Shown here one piece after another: positions 27,900 through 41,287 of a stretch of DNA of 64,000 bases. Source of the stretch: Epiperipatus broadwayi. Taxonomy: Eukaryota; Animalia; Onychophora. The position numbers and the translations under genes were made by a program. Location: assembly GCA_028023455.1 (NCBI GenBank), contig JAQFVV010000010.1:11036001-11100000 (forward strand). Direction: 5' to 3'. The stretch's first letter is position 1. Each line of letters starts with the position of its first letter. The notes under the pieces were generated by a model. That model was not told the DNA's origin. It ran no database searches and saw nothing but the letters and a program-made list of their open reading frames with translations.

Positions 27900-30800
27900 G
27901 AATGCCCCAAAACTATGATATGGATTAACAATATTGAAGTGTATGTATTGTTTGATTTGGGTAATCAAATATCAGTCATAAGAATATATACAAATGCATG
28001 ATTCAACAAGATGTTTGAACTCTGCCAGTGAAGAAAGCCAAGCAATGCTGGTCAAGAGCAAAAGGCTCAACTAGAGATGAACAGATATGGGTATGGGTAA
28101 GAGTAGGAAAGAGAGATGTCCAACATATTTTGCTAATATTGAAAGGACTCATATATGATATAATATTAGGGTCTGAACTTCATGCACAAAACAGAGTGTC
28201 TTATCATCTATAAAGAAGGCAGTATCACATGTGAAGGAGAAGTAGTGAGTTTGGGTCAAGGGAAAGAATGCTGCTGAGAGAAGTACTTAGAGGATACAAG
28301 CAGAGATATGGAGCAAGGGGAGAACAGATAAAGGAAAATGGGAAAAGGCATTGAAAGAATTACTAGAGATATAATGCAAAATTTTCAGATAGATCCAGGA
28401 TAATTAAAGGATATGAACACCGAATTAAAATTATCAATGGCACACCATACTAGTCATGATCTTATCCTGTACCTTATCAATATAGAACAGTAGTTGAAAA
28501 ACAATTGCCACAAATGGAGGAATTGGAGAGTGATAATGAAGGAGTCATCATCATATAACAATCCTTTAATGATAGTAAAAAAGATGGGTCAGTAAGGTTA
28601 TGCCTAAATGTTAGACAGTTGAATAAGATTACATAGTCTGATCAGAATGTTTCTCCACCTATAAATGAATTATTGAACAAGTTCCACAATAAAGAACTTT
28701 TTTCAATGTTAGACATGACTGCCAGCTATTGGCAGATTAAACTACATTCAGCATACTACAAGTATACAACTTTCCATTATAACAGCATATATTACCAGTT
28801 TACCAGAATGCTATTTGGTTTAAAGAACAGTGGAGCAGAGTTATTGAAATGTCTGGATAGAATTGGTAGAGTATTATCCCTGGAAATAAAGAGTTTGATT
28901 ATCATTTATAAGGATGATGTCATTATTGTATCCAAAATCCCAATGGAACATTTATGACATCTTCAAATGTTTCTACAAGAATGCAATGACAAGGGCATTT
29001 CAAATTAATTTATAGAAAAGTTGTATTGCTGTGATGGAAGTAAGTTTTTGGGGGCATTTAATAAGAAAAAAGGGGATTAAGTCCCATCCTGATAAAATAT
29101 AGGTTGCTATGGATTTCCCAATCTTAGGTCAATAAGACAAATTGGGTCCTTCTTAGGGTTGTCTAATTTCTATAGCAAATTTTAACTTTACAACAGATAT
29201 GGAGCCATTGCTGCAGCTACTATGAAAAAGTATTCCATAGGAATGAATGGACAAACATGAAGCAGTATTTAAAGGCATCAAAGAAAAATTTTTGAGCAAG
29301 GTAATGTTGGTGTACCCAGACTTAAAGAAACCTTTTATAGTACAACTAGACAGCAGCAGATATGAGTTGAGTGCAGTACTGATGCAATCTCAGGTTAATT
29401 TTAGCCAAGGTGAAATGTATTTTATTAGCAGAGCCCTAGGGGACTATAGATCAATTACCCTGTAACAGAAAATAAGGCATTAATCATGGTATGGGCATTC
29501 CAGAGTTTTTAGCAATTTTTAATAGGGTCAGAAGTGATAGTCAGGACTGATCACAAAAGTCTGAAATTCCTTAACCACAGCTATTTGATCAATAGTAGAT
29601 TAATTCAGTGGATCCTTTTTCTCTAAAAATTTTAACTACTCTGTACAATATTGTAAGGGAACAGAAAATGTGGTGGCTGATGCCTTGAGTCACAATCCTG
29701 GGCCTGAGATCTCGAGTCAATTGCAAATGGAAGATGACGTCTGGTGGCAGTAGGCATAGAAATAGATACCCCATTGAAGATGAACTTAATCACTTAGGTG
29801 ACAAATAGAAGCAAGACTCCAGTTACCAAAGAGTTATAAATAATTTGGAAACAGAAGAAAGTGAAAATGAGACAAGGGAAAATAGTCTGAAAAAATGGGA
29901 GAAGGTACCACTTGAGAGAGGGTTTTTTGTAGTATTTAATGGATATAAAAGAGAAAATGTAGAGAATGGTGGTGCCTAAGAGCTTTGGGAAATAAGGGAT
30001 TAACAAAATAGAAAGACCATTGAAAACATGGTTTTGCTGGCCAAATATAAAGTATCGGGAAGGCAATATGTTAAAGGGATGTGAAGTACACCAGCAGACA
30101 AAATCTGCCAACAAATCATATGTGAGTACATTGAACTCCATAATTCTTGAGAAACCTAAAGACCTGATAGCTATTGATTTTTACAGGCCACTATCTGCAT
30201 TTTGAAATATGAAATATGTATTAATACTTATGTTTTTTTCAAAGTGGATGTTTGTGTACCCTATGTCACAGGTGAATGGAAGCAACACCGTACAGATATT
30301 AAAGACACAATATTTCCCTAAGATAGGTAAACTGAGGGCTGTTTTATCTGATCATGGGACTCCTTTCATCATGAATGATGGAAACCCAGCACATTGTCTG
30401 TTCGTAATTCTCAGTTAAACCTGTGAAAATGGGTGATGAGAGAATTGGGACATCTTTCCAAAGTGTATACATCATTTAACTATAAAGAGTGGGTAAAACA
30501 GTTGCCACAGGTGATTAATTATATCAACTGGACTGAGAACAAGTCTACAGGTTTCACATCTTTTCAACTACAGTTCAGACAACACATGCCAAGACTGTAC
30601 AAAGTCAAGTTGCCAGTCATCCCCAAATGTATTAATGAAGATGTGGATCAGAGAAAGGCAACATGGAGAATAAGACACACTGATGAACTGAGAGCAGATA
30701 GAAAGGGTCCAAAAGCTATCAGTTTCAGAAAAGGGGATGAGGTATAGGTTACAGTACACCCAGTTAGCCAAACTAAGAAAGGTATCTGTAAAAAGTTTCA

Positions 30801-30900
30801 GAATTTGTATGAAGGACATCAGATAGTTAAAGAGAATGGCCCAAATGCATTTACTTTTGCAAATAAAAGGGGAAAGAAGGGGACCTATAATGCCAGGGCA
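27900..30900 (+). pseudogene. Gypsy pol pseudogene, order PR-RT-RNaseH-IN
   Basis: VLFDLGNQISVI (protease relic); KDGSVRLCL, LDMTASYWQI, MLFGLKN, YKDDVII (RT); PFIVQLDSS (RH); DLIAIDFY, LSDHGTPF (IN); many stops and frameshifts. Confidence 0.9.
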
Positions 30901-33900
30901 TTAAACAGGTCATATATAATAAACTGAATGGACTTAACCCTGAAGGCCTTGAATATAATTAAATAAGACAGGATTAGTGTGATTGATTTGGGAAGTTAAA
31001 AGTTATTAAGAATAAAAAGAGGCTAAACATACTATTTTATTCTTTCCATCAACTGCAGAGGGGTTGTATCATATTTGTGGTCCAGTCAGTATTGGTAATT
31101 TAGAATTAAAAATTATTAAATTTCTTAAAAGAGAGAATAGTATTTTTTTAAGAATAATCTGATTTATTTTAGACGATGTAAACTATATTTTTTTTAGTTA
31201 AAGAAATAAAAAGAAAGAGAATAACAAAATGTTACTTTTGATTTTGCTAAGATAAGAATATAAATTCTTATCGTAAAACAATTAACATTATTTAAAGTTA
31301 AAATCACAGCATTACTTCACCATAATTAAAGATGGCCACTGAGGGGGGTGGTGGAATTATTATAGAAACAATAATTACAATAAATTGGTCAAAAGTAATA
31401 AGGTGTAAACAATGTGTGCACGGTAGACTAAAAATCAAGGAGGGTACAAAAGCAAACCCTTTGTAGATCTTTAATCTTACATCTTTTGTTTTCATCTTCT
31501 TTTGCCTGATCTACAAAAACAATTTCATCAAAACTGATTTTGTTCTTTTTGAGGGAAATATAAAATGCAGCAAGCTATTCTCACCAGCAGGCCGAACTGG
31601 CATAACGTGTGAGAAGAGTTTGTTTGCAGATGCTTTTTTTTCCTAAAGTTGTGATAATGCCATGGATGAAGCCATCATCTACCTGAATCTTTGAATCCCC
31701 AGACTGTCTACAAGCTGTTATAATATCATACAAAAGATCCCACTCAGGACAAACAAAACCATGCATGGAATTCTTTAAATGCTATAATTGAACAGTTGAA
31801 ACTTACCGGTAAGAAACTTTATCTCATATGTTATAAGTGATCACATTTTTGAAACTATAAGTAATATTAAAGACTTGTTTAATCATGTTACAGACAATTA
31901 GAATCCCAAGAACATTTGCTTTTGATACTGAGCTGATTTTTAAAATTATATTTTATTTTCTCATTAGAATTAGAAATATTTATTATATTTATGATGTCTA
32001 TCTAAATTTATTATTAGCATATTATTAGTTAAATTCTATTATTATTATTTTGCCAAATAAATTTCCAATGCTATATCTAAAAATATAACCCTCAGAGTGT
32101 AACAAATTATCATTTAATAGAAACTAATAAAGGTAGGTGGGGAGAGTCAGTGGATTAGCATATAGATTCTTGGAACCTAATAAAAAAATTAATAACTGTT
32201 TCTTTCTTCCACCATTGGTAAAAGTTAGCTATGTTAAACAGGGTTGTGTGCCAGAAAAATAATTACTTTTATGAAAAATATCTAACATATTCCCAATAAA
32301 CAAATTATCAGAGTGGATTTAATTTGGTCACTGAATACGTGTAATATTAAAGTGTATAAACCCAAAGATATCAATTAATGATACTATATATATATATTAT
32401 AACAGTTGGTCTTTTTCCTTTTGATCACAGAGGGTGCCATCAGGTGCTGCCTACCTGGAAAATTTATTTAATGTGATCAAAAGTTAATGATGATGATGAT
32501 TTCTACCAACTACACCCAGGGAGAGCAAGAGCTCAATGATATTGTAGACAATTGAGAAAATAACACTTGGACAAATGTTAGCTAATATAAGTTTAAAGTG
32601 TATTAAAATTAATATAAAAAAAAACTTTCAAGTACAGAGATATATAGAAAATAAGCACGATTTTATTAAATTCTATCAGGCATGTATGAACAAAAATAAA
32701 ATGTCAACACTCTGGCAGACAGACTAATTTTCTAATAGAGTTTTAAAAGGGAGGGAAGGATTTTCCTTCAGCTGAAGATTCACCTAAGCAACTCTGGTTT
32801 CTTTATTCAAAAAGTTTTAAAACAAATCACAAATGAAGGATTCTTGCATGAATCAATGAAACCAGTGTGAGTGAGTGATCACTAGATTATTGAACAGTGA
32901 TGTCATATTGTCTGCAGAACTACTGCATGGTCAACCACATTGAAGATTGGCATGGTCAATTATAATGCAAGAAAAATAAATGTGATATGTGAATACGATA
33001 GAGTATGAATTGAAGTATGGGAGAAAACTTAAATCTCCAATTTAACGAAAATAGAAAAGTTAGAAAATACTCTGGCAGAGATAATTTAAAATTGAGAAAA
33101 CATTAAATCTCTGGTTTAAGAAAAACAGACATATATTACTGGTGAATCACCAACCAAACAATTGGACAAAACTAAGCTGCTATAATAATAATTAGAAGTC
33201 TCAATAGAAGAAAGGTAAGTAATCAGAAAATTATTTACATTTGCTCAAGCATTTATTAAGAAAGTGAAATAATTATAAATGTAAATGGATTTAAGAACTA
33301 AACTCTCAGTACACACCCTGACATATAAATTCAAAACAAACATAAAATCTTAAAACTAAGATTTCAAGACACTAACAGTAAGCAAAAGATATAAAATTTA
33401 GGTTACTTTTTAAGATTAAGCTGAGACTTTAAAACTATGGTAAAAATAAGGAAACATGTTACCTCAAGGTATAAGGTTAAGATTGGCTGATGTCTTTCAG
33501 AATGGCACACATAGTTCATTCTACTGGAGAAAAACATTAGGTTTTCATTTTTGTTCAGGATACAGAACCAATGGTAGGGATCAGTTCTGGTTTGAACTCT
33601 TAAGCCATGATTTTTCTGGGACAATTTGGAATTCAGGGCTCATCTTTAAGTTGTTTTAGCATGACATGATGTTCAGTCAATTATTTATGGCATATAGTTG
33701 TGGCATTCTGCAGGAAAGATTCTTTTCAGCAATTATAAATCCACAAAATAATTTCAACAGAATCTTCTATACACCAAAATAATATTCTTGATGATGGCTC
33801 CCAGATGCTGACAGTGACCTTAAGAAGTTATAGCAGCATGACAACTCAAAGAAATCTCCTGATTGGCATACTAAAAGTTGAAGTAAAACTAAACAATCAG

Positions 33901-34707
33901 AATAAACATCAATAGCTGAAGAATCCTCAGTTCATAATCCCAGGGTTATTTATATGAGCTCTTATCTTCCATAACATTGTTTAATTAGTAGTTTGAGACC
34001 AGGGCATTTCTTTATCTCAACTCAATCTTAGAGATTCTGACCAGGGCTATTCATAATTAGTTAAAATAAATTAAAAATTGATTACAATCACAATAACAAG
34101 AATGCAATTACAAAAAAAACAACTTTCCAAAACTAAAATGCTTTGTTCAAAAAGGATTAACTTTTTTTTTTTTAAATTTAGAATATTTTTATAAAATTTA
34201 AGAGTTTTCTTGCCTTTAATTACTTGGATAAAAAAAACAAGCAACCAAAAGAAAACTATTCTTTAAAAAATAAAATGTATAAAAAAAAAATAAAATGACA
34301 CAATTTTAAACCATAACTGCATGTGTGCACTATTGCACATACTCATATACACAACCTTTAAATAGTTTTCTTTTAAAACTTTATTAAAACAAAAGTTGTT
34401 TTTACTTTTGTGATAAAACTTTTGAATCAGATAAAGCATCCGGTTCAACTGCCCCAACACATGATGAAAAAATAAAATAAAAGCATTCCTGTGTTTTTTT
34501 TAAAAACTTTAAACATTTTAACAAACCCCTATAAAAACTCAGATGAATATTTGTCCTGTGATCTGAAAGGATATTTTGTTTTCTTATTTCAACTTTAACT
34601 TTATTTCATAATCCATGAATACAATTTTTTTGTTTATTTATTTTAAACCCATCCGATTACTCTAAGTTTAAACCCCTTAACCTTTGTCTGGTGATTATTT
34701 TTCTCCT

Positions 34708-35406
34708 TTAATTAGTTTTTCTGATATAGGCTATTTCTCCTCTCCTGTATTTTCTTTGCTCATAAATTTTTCTCTTATCCCTTTCACATTCTGTTTTCTT
34801 TTCTGACTCATATATCTGAAAACTCTTTTGCCCAACAAAACTCCACATTTCTTTAAACTGTTTTATTTTATTACTGATCGCATGAACATTAGTGAATAAA
34901 AACAATTCATTTTGTATAGTCTTTTTGCATGTATTTAATAAGATGGTCCTATAAAGAGCTTCCACCTCCATTTTAAAATTATACTCCTTAATCTTTTTCT
35001 TTATTTTATATTTATGTTTAAAATGAACAGTTATCTTAATCACTTTATTTTTACTTTCTTGTACAAACTTTTTTATATTAATTTCTGCCTTTAACTTATA
35101 ACTTTCTTCTGGATTTTCTACTTTCTTCTCCACACTATCTATCTGTATCCATTCTTTATCCATTTCCATCTTTATTTCAGTATTGTCCATTTCAACACTA
35201 TCTGATTCCAACTCAACTTTCTTTTCTTTCATACTTTCTTTTACTATATCTACTTCCTGCCTTTCTATAATCAGATCTTTTTCTACTATTCTAATAGCTA
35301 GCTGATTTTCCTCAACTCTTCCCATTATTTCATGTCTCATTTTCCTCATTTCTGCTCTGAGTTCTGCCAGCATTGCTTCCTGACTTTGCTTGAATTCCTT
35401 ATGCAT
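34708..35406 (-). CDS. Gag-like coiled-coil ORF (232 aa) ending in an integrase-tail-like motif; probably a TE relic
   Basis: E/K-rich heptad N-terminus (AMLAELRAEMRKMRHEIMGRVEENQLAI), C-terminus YRRGEIAYIRK; located between the LTRs. Confidence 0.45.
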   Translation of the reverse strand: MHKEFKQSQEAMLAELRAEMRKMRHEIMGRVEENQLAIRIVEKDLIIERQEVDIVKESMKEKKVELESDSVEMDNTEIKMEMDKEWIQIDSVEKKVENPEESYKLKAEINIKKFVQESKNKVIKITVHFKHKYKIKKKIKEYNFKMEVEALYRTILLNTCKKTIQNELFLFTNVHAISNKIKQFKEMWSFVGQKSFQIYESEKKTECERDKRKIYEQRKYRRGEIAYIRKTN

Positions 35407-38400
35407 TTCTCTATTTTATTCCTTTATTTTTTGATGCATTTCTCTCATCATATCTATCATCATCTTCATCATCATGTGAGTCTCTACCACTTCCTTTTCT
35501 TTTTCAACCACTCCCATTTTAGAAATAAGCTCAAATCCCACTCTATTTAACTTTTATTCTCACTTTTACAAAAATATAACTTCTTAATATTTTTTTTTAA
35601 AGTTTCTTATGTTCAACAATAAATCCAAAGAAACAAAAAAATGCTATTTAACTGTTTATTAATTTTTCATATTAAAAAAAAGATGAACCCCCTCACACCA
35701 AACTGCCCCAACAATCCATACCATAACTAACACAAACAGATCCCTACCTATGAAATCTTGCCTCCTACACATGAAATATTCCTCAATTGTCTGAACAAAA
35801 TCTCATGGGTTTTAAACTCAAAGCCCTACATTGGTTGCACTAAAATTTAAATAGCTATGTAATGGTTGGTTATTTCTCCTTTTGATCACAGAGGGCATCA
35901 TCAGGTCACTGTGTACCTGGAAAATTTATTTATCATGATCAAAAGTTAATGATGAAGTTGGTTTGCACCAACCAGACCCAGGGAGAGCAACATCTGGATA
36001 ATATTGTTCAGACAATTGAGAAAATAAAACTTGGACAAACAGCTAATATAATTTTAAAGTTTATCAAAATTAATATAAAAAAAAACTTTCAAGTACAGAG
36101 ATGTACAGAAAATAAGTGTGGTTTTATTAAATTTTTATCAAGCATGTACGAACAAAAATAAAACATTAATGCTCTGGCAGACAGACTAATTTTCTAATAG
36201 CATTTTAAAAGAGAGGTAAGGATTTTTCTTCAGCTGAAGATTTACCTAAGCAACTCTAGTTTCCTTATTCAAAAAGTTTTAAAACAAATCACAAATGAAG
36301 GATTTCTGCATGAATCAATGAAAACAGCATGGGCAAGTGATCACCAGATTATTGACTAGTTAATCATATTATCTGCAGAACTACTGCATGGTCAACCATG
36401 TTGAAGATTTCCATAGTTGATTACAATGCAAGAAAAATAAATATGATATGTGAATATGACAGAGTACAAATTGAAGTATGATAGAAAACTTAAATCTCCA
36501 ATTTAATGAAAATAGAAAAGTTAGAAAATACTCTGGTGTAGATAATTTAAAATTGAAAAAACATTAAATCTCTGATCTAAAGAAAACAGACATATATAAC
36601 TGGTGAATAACCAACCAAACAATTGGTCAAAACTAAGCTGCCATAATAATAATTAAAAGTCTCAATAGGAGACAGGTAAGTAATCAGAAAATTATTTACC
36701 TCTGCCCAAGCATTTATCAAGAAAGTGAAATAATTTTAAAAGTAAATGGCTTTAAGAACTAACTCTCAGTACATGCCCTGACATATAAATTCAAAACAAA
36801 CATGAAATCTTAAAACTAAGATTTCAAGACACACTAAAATACAATCAGAAAATACATATAATAAATGCTTAAAATATTTCAATTGACTAGGCAAAAGATA
36901 TTATAAAATTAGGTTACTTTTTAAGTAATATTTTTGTATAAATTGCATATTGTTGTTAAATTGGTAATAAATTGAGAGATTGCCAATCTCTTGCATGTGC
37001 CTACTGTTGCTTCTCAAATAGCCAATCAGATGTTAAGACAGCAGTCTGATGCATGATCAAGCCACAACACATGACAGAGTTTTTGATAAGAAAAAAATGG
37101 TCCCACCCTCTTCTCTACTTAACTTTTTATATATATAAGCCAGTCTTAAGCATCTTGGCTTGAAAGTGTGAAGCTATAAATATATTCATATATTACTCTG
37201 TGTCTTAATTTACGATAGTACAGTGCAAAACCTTAAGTTTACTATGCCAGAGTTTTCTAGATGTTAATATAAGTTATAAGCAACGTGTGTAAATAATATT
37301 GTATAAATCACATATTGTTGTTAAATCAGTAATAAATTGAGAGGTTGCCAATCTCTCACATGCACCTACTGTTGCTTCTCAGACAGCCAATCAGATGTTA
37401 AGACAGCAGTCTGAAGCACGATCAAGCTGCAACACATGCCAGAGTTTTTGATAAGAAAAGGATGGACCCACCCTCTTCTCTACTTAGCTTTTAAATATAT
37501 AAGCCAGCATTACACATCTTGGCTTGAAAGCATGCAGCTATAAATATATTCATATATTACTCACTGAGTCACCCTGGTGAGAATAAGGAAACATGTTACC
37601 TTGAGATATAAGGTTAAGATTGGCTGATGTCTTTCAGCACAGCACCCATAATTCATTCTACTGGAGAATTCTGGTGAAGACTTTAGGTTTCCATTTTTGT
37701 TCAGGATACAGAAGGCAATGGTAGGGATCAGTTCTGGTTTGAACTCTTAAGACATGATTTTGCAGGGACAATTTTGGATCCAGGGCTCATCTTTAAATTG
37801 GTTTAGCATGACATGATGTTGAGGCAATTCTTCATGGCATGTAGTTGTGGCATTCTTCAGGAAAAATTCTTTTTATCAAATAAAAGTCAATGGTAGGGAT
37901 CAGTTCTGGTTTGAACTCTTAAGACATGATTTTGCAGAGATGATTTGGGATCCAGGGCTCATCTTTAAGTTGGTTTAGCATGACATGATGTTGAGGCAAT
38001 TCATCATGGCATATAGTTGTGGCATTCTTCAGGAAAAATTCTTTTTAGCAAATAGAAGTCCACAAGATAATTTCAGCAGAATCTTCTATACAGCAAAATA
38101 ATATTATCGATGATGGCTCCCAGATTCTGACAGTGACCTTAAGAAGTTATAGCAGCACAGCAATTCAAAGAAGTCTCCCAATTGGCATACTAAATGTTGA
38201 AGTAAATCTAAACAATCAGACTAAACATCAATAGCTAAAGAATCCTGAGACCATAATCTCAGGGTTATTTATATGAGCTCTTATCTTCCATAACATCTTG
38301 TAATTAGTAGTTTGAGACCAGAGCATTTCTTTATCTCAACTCAATCTTAGAGATTCTGACCAGGGTTAATCTTATTCATAATTAATTTTTTTTAAAAAAT

Positions 38401-38568
38401 GTAAAAACAAGCCTCAGCTTTAGTTAAAATAAATTAAAAATTGATTACAATCACAACAACAAGAATGCAATTACAAAAAAAAAAAAATTTCAAAACTAAA
38501 ATGCTTTGTTCAAAAAGGATTAACTTTTTTTTTTAAATTTAGAATATTTTTATAAAATTAAAAGTTTG

Positions 38569-38601
38569 CTGAGGAAGACTGCTAATACAGTTGAAACTGT
38601 T
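38569..38601 (+). ncRNA. Minimal hammerhead core relic inserted in one LTR
   Basis: CTGAGGA A GACTG CTAATA CAGTT GAAA CTGTT; absent from the other LTR copy; no stem I. Confidence 0.5.
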
Positions 38602-40872
38602 ATAATACATACAAATTATTTGCTTGAAGTGTTAAAGGAGTGTTGATGAAGTTTGATAAAAAAAACAAACAAAAAACAAGCGACCAAAAGAAAACTACTT
38701 TTTAAAAAAAAATCTATTAAAAAAATAGAAATGACAGAATTTTAAAACATAACTGCATGTGTGCACTATTGCACATACTCTTGTATACAAAGCTTTTAAA
38801 TAGTTTTCTTTTAAAACTTTATTAAAACAAACGTTTTTATTTTTGTGATGAAACTTTTGAATCGGATAAAGCATCCAGTTCAATATATATATTGTATCAG
38901 AATAAATATATGGGACATGCTATATCCGAAACATAGCCTACTTAATGATCATCATTTGTAATAGCATAAGAAAAATAAACTAAGAAAGAACAATCCTAAA
39001 ATAATGCCCATGAATTGTAACATCATTTGTTTTATAATGAAAATAATAAACTAAAATGCAAATCAATCAATGAATAACAATCTAACACTTAAGTTAATAA
39101 AATAATAATAATAGTCTTTGTTAGAATCTCATAAATTTCAATAGCATTTAGAATGGATAGAAAACCAATAAAACATTATTATTTCAAACTGTCCTAAAAT
39201 ATAAGCATTATTTGTAATAGATCAAAAATAAAGCAATGAAACAAAATACCACAGTCTTATAAATAACAGTATACACCTGTAATAAAGACCCCTTGTAATA
39301 GAATGAAAATAATGACAAAGAAATACATAGAAAAACTTTAATATTCCTTATGAATCAACACACTGTTTATAATAATATACCCTTGTATTAAAAGTTAAAC
39401 ATTATTTCTATTTATATTTAAATGAAATGATTCATAGATTAGTGAAATAATAATTTTAATATGTTCTACAAGTTTATAATATTAATGATATCTATCAAAA
39501 TATGTAACTTAATAATTGATTTCTAATTAAAACTAAATAAAATAAAAGTATTGCTAACGCAACCTTGCTATTCCACTAATGTTAATATACTCTTATTACC
39601 TAAGTCAATTATAATAAGCTTAAATACTTAATAATACAAAATCAGTTAACCCAATGTATCTTTCCATTTTCACCAACTTAATATATTATAAAATCAAATC
39701 ATCCTATTAAATAACTTTTAAGATTTTCAATATCCAATCATAACAATATATAAAATATATGATAGATTCCTATTTGATGCTTATTCCAACAACTGACAAA
39801 TCAGATCCAATTATTTTTTAGTTTATTAAAACTTTAGACATTAACTGTCAAAGCATATGAAAGATTGTTAGAATTATTATAGTCAAATATTAATATTAAA
39901 ATTTAATATTCAAACTAAGTTTACAATCCACACTAACAAACTTTAAATATAATTAAAGCAAATCACTCTAATTCATAACAGACTGAAATATATTACTATT
40001 ACCAGCTTTATAAGTGAATAAGATTATGATCTTTATGGATGTACATTAACTTAATATAATATTTATTTTAATCAATATTGACTTAAAATAAAATACATGA
40101 ATATTTTATTTCAATTATGTTTACTCATCTTCAATAATTATCATATTTGCATATTTGTCAATCATCAAATCAATTCTTGTATAATTTCTATTTTAGTATA
40201 TCTATTACTTGTTTCTAACAAAATAATTACAATAAGATTTTAGTTAGTTATTAAATATTTAAGAATTTCAGTTTATTGTTGTATAAGATCTATACTTGGT
40301 CAGATAATAAGCATTACATTTAATACAAAAAGTAATATATAATTATACTTATCGAATCTGTGTTTATAATTTCTGAATTATTTTCATAACTGCTTTTAAT
40401 GACTTATGTGGTATAACCAATTAGTGAATATCATCTCCAAATATGATTAACCAATGAATTTGCATTGTAAAATTGAATGACATTTTAAATTAATTCATGA
40501 TTTATTAATAAAAATCAAAAAAATGTATATGACAAATAAACATTTAAAATATATGCATATAATCCAATTACCCTTTAAGCAATAGGTTTTCAATTGACAT
40601 TAACTTGATATTTAAATAGGTAATTGCACCTCAATTTCCACTAATTAAATGCTTATGTAGCACACAAAAAAAATGTTATAGAAAGTTTATCTTTCCAAAA
40701 TGTAAGAGAGTTCAAGATATATCTTCTTTCTGTACTTCATATAAAAACATAGTTAATCGAAACATAAAAAAATATATATAAACATTAAAAGCATAAAGCT
40801 AAACTAATCAATAAATAATCAAAATTAACCCAAATTCACAATTAAACCAGACTAGACAAGAAAAACTCTAAA

Positions 40873-40916
40873 ACACTACCAATGGTTTCACTGCTATGAG
40901 CAGACTTCTCAAGTGT
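40873..40916 (-). ncRNA. Minimal type I hammerhead with U3:A8 core
   Basis: ACAC UUGAGAA GU CUGCU CAU AGCAG U GAA ACCAUUGGU A^ GUGU; 4-bp stem I and near-palindromic stem III. Confidence 0.65.
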
Positions 40917-41244
40917 AAAGAACTACAAACTAACACATTTAAGCTAAACATTACCCACAAATCCACTTATTTCCCATATACTTTTAATGTTTACATTTTG
41001 ACTAGATTCTTTGTGTTTTATTTTTAATTTTTATTTTGTATATTAGTATTTATTTATATAGATTGATTTTGTTGCACGAGTGTTTTTGGAAGGATATATG
41101 TTTATTTAGTCAATGAATTTAAAATATCATCGATATATTTTTTCTTTTCAAAATAGTTCATAATTTTCCATATATGTTAATGAATACATCAAACTTCTTC
41201 TTTTCAAAACTTGTTTTAATATGACTATAATAAAAATAAAATAC

Positions 41245-41287
41245 ATCCAACATTTCGACTATTTTATATAGCCTTTTTCAAGGAATA
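41245..41287 (-). ncRNA. Minimal type I hammerhead with U3:A8 core
   Basis: UUCC UUGAAAA A GGCUAU AUAAA AUAGUC GAAA UG UU^ GGAU. Confidence 0.6.

Larger units (their letters stand above)
26030..32348 (+). mobile_element. Decayed Ty3/Gypsy LTR retrotransposon (direct repeats ~26030-27355 and ~31065-32348; gag apparently missing)
   Basis: ~1.3-kb direct repeats, both starting TGTA; a purine run precedes the second; pol remnants lie between them. Confidence 0.85.
32398..38882 (-). mobile_element. Non-autonomous LTR element with long LTRs (~32398-34447 and ~35858-38882) and a gag-like internal ORF
   Basis: ~2-kb direct repeats; on the minus strand the intact copy starts TGAAC and ends TTACA; purine run TGGGGCAG lies before the 3' LTR; flanks are (TA)n. 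The right copy carries extra insertions and duplications (~36830-37560, ~37700-38050, ~38565-38655). Confidence 0.75.

Noticed and set aside
38900-40500. Possible very old RT remnant on the minus strand
   Set aside because: Only isolated motif-like fragments; not distinguishable from AT-rich noise by eye.
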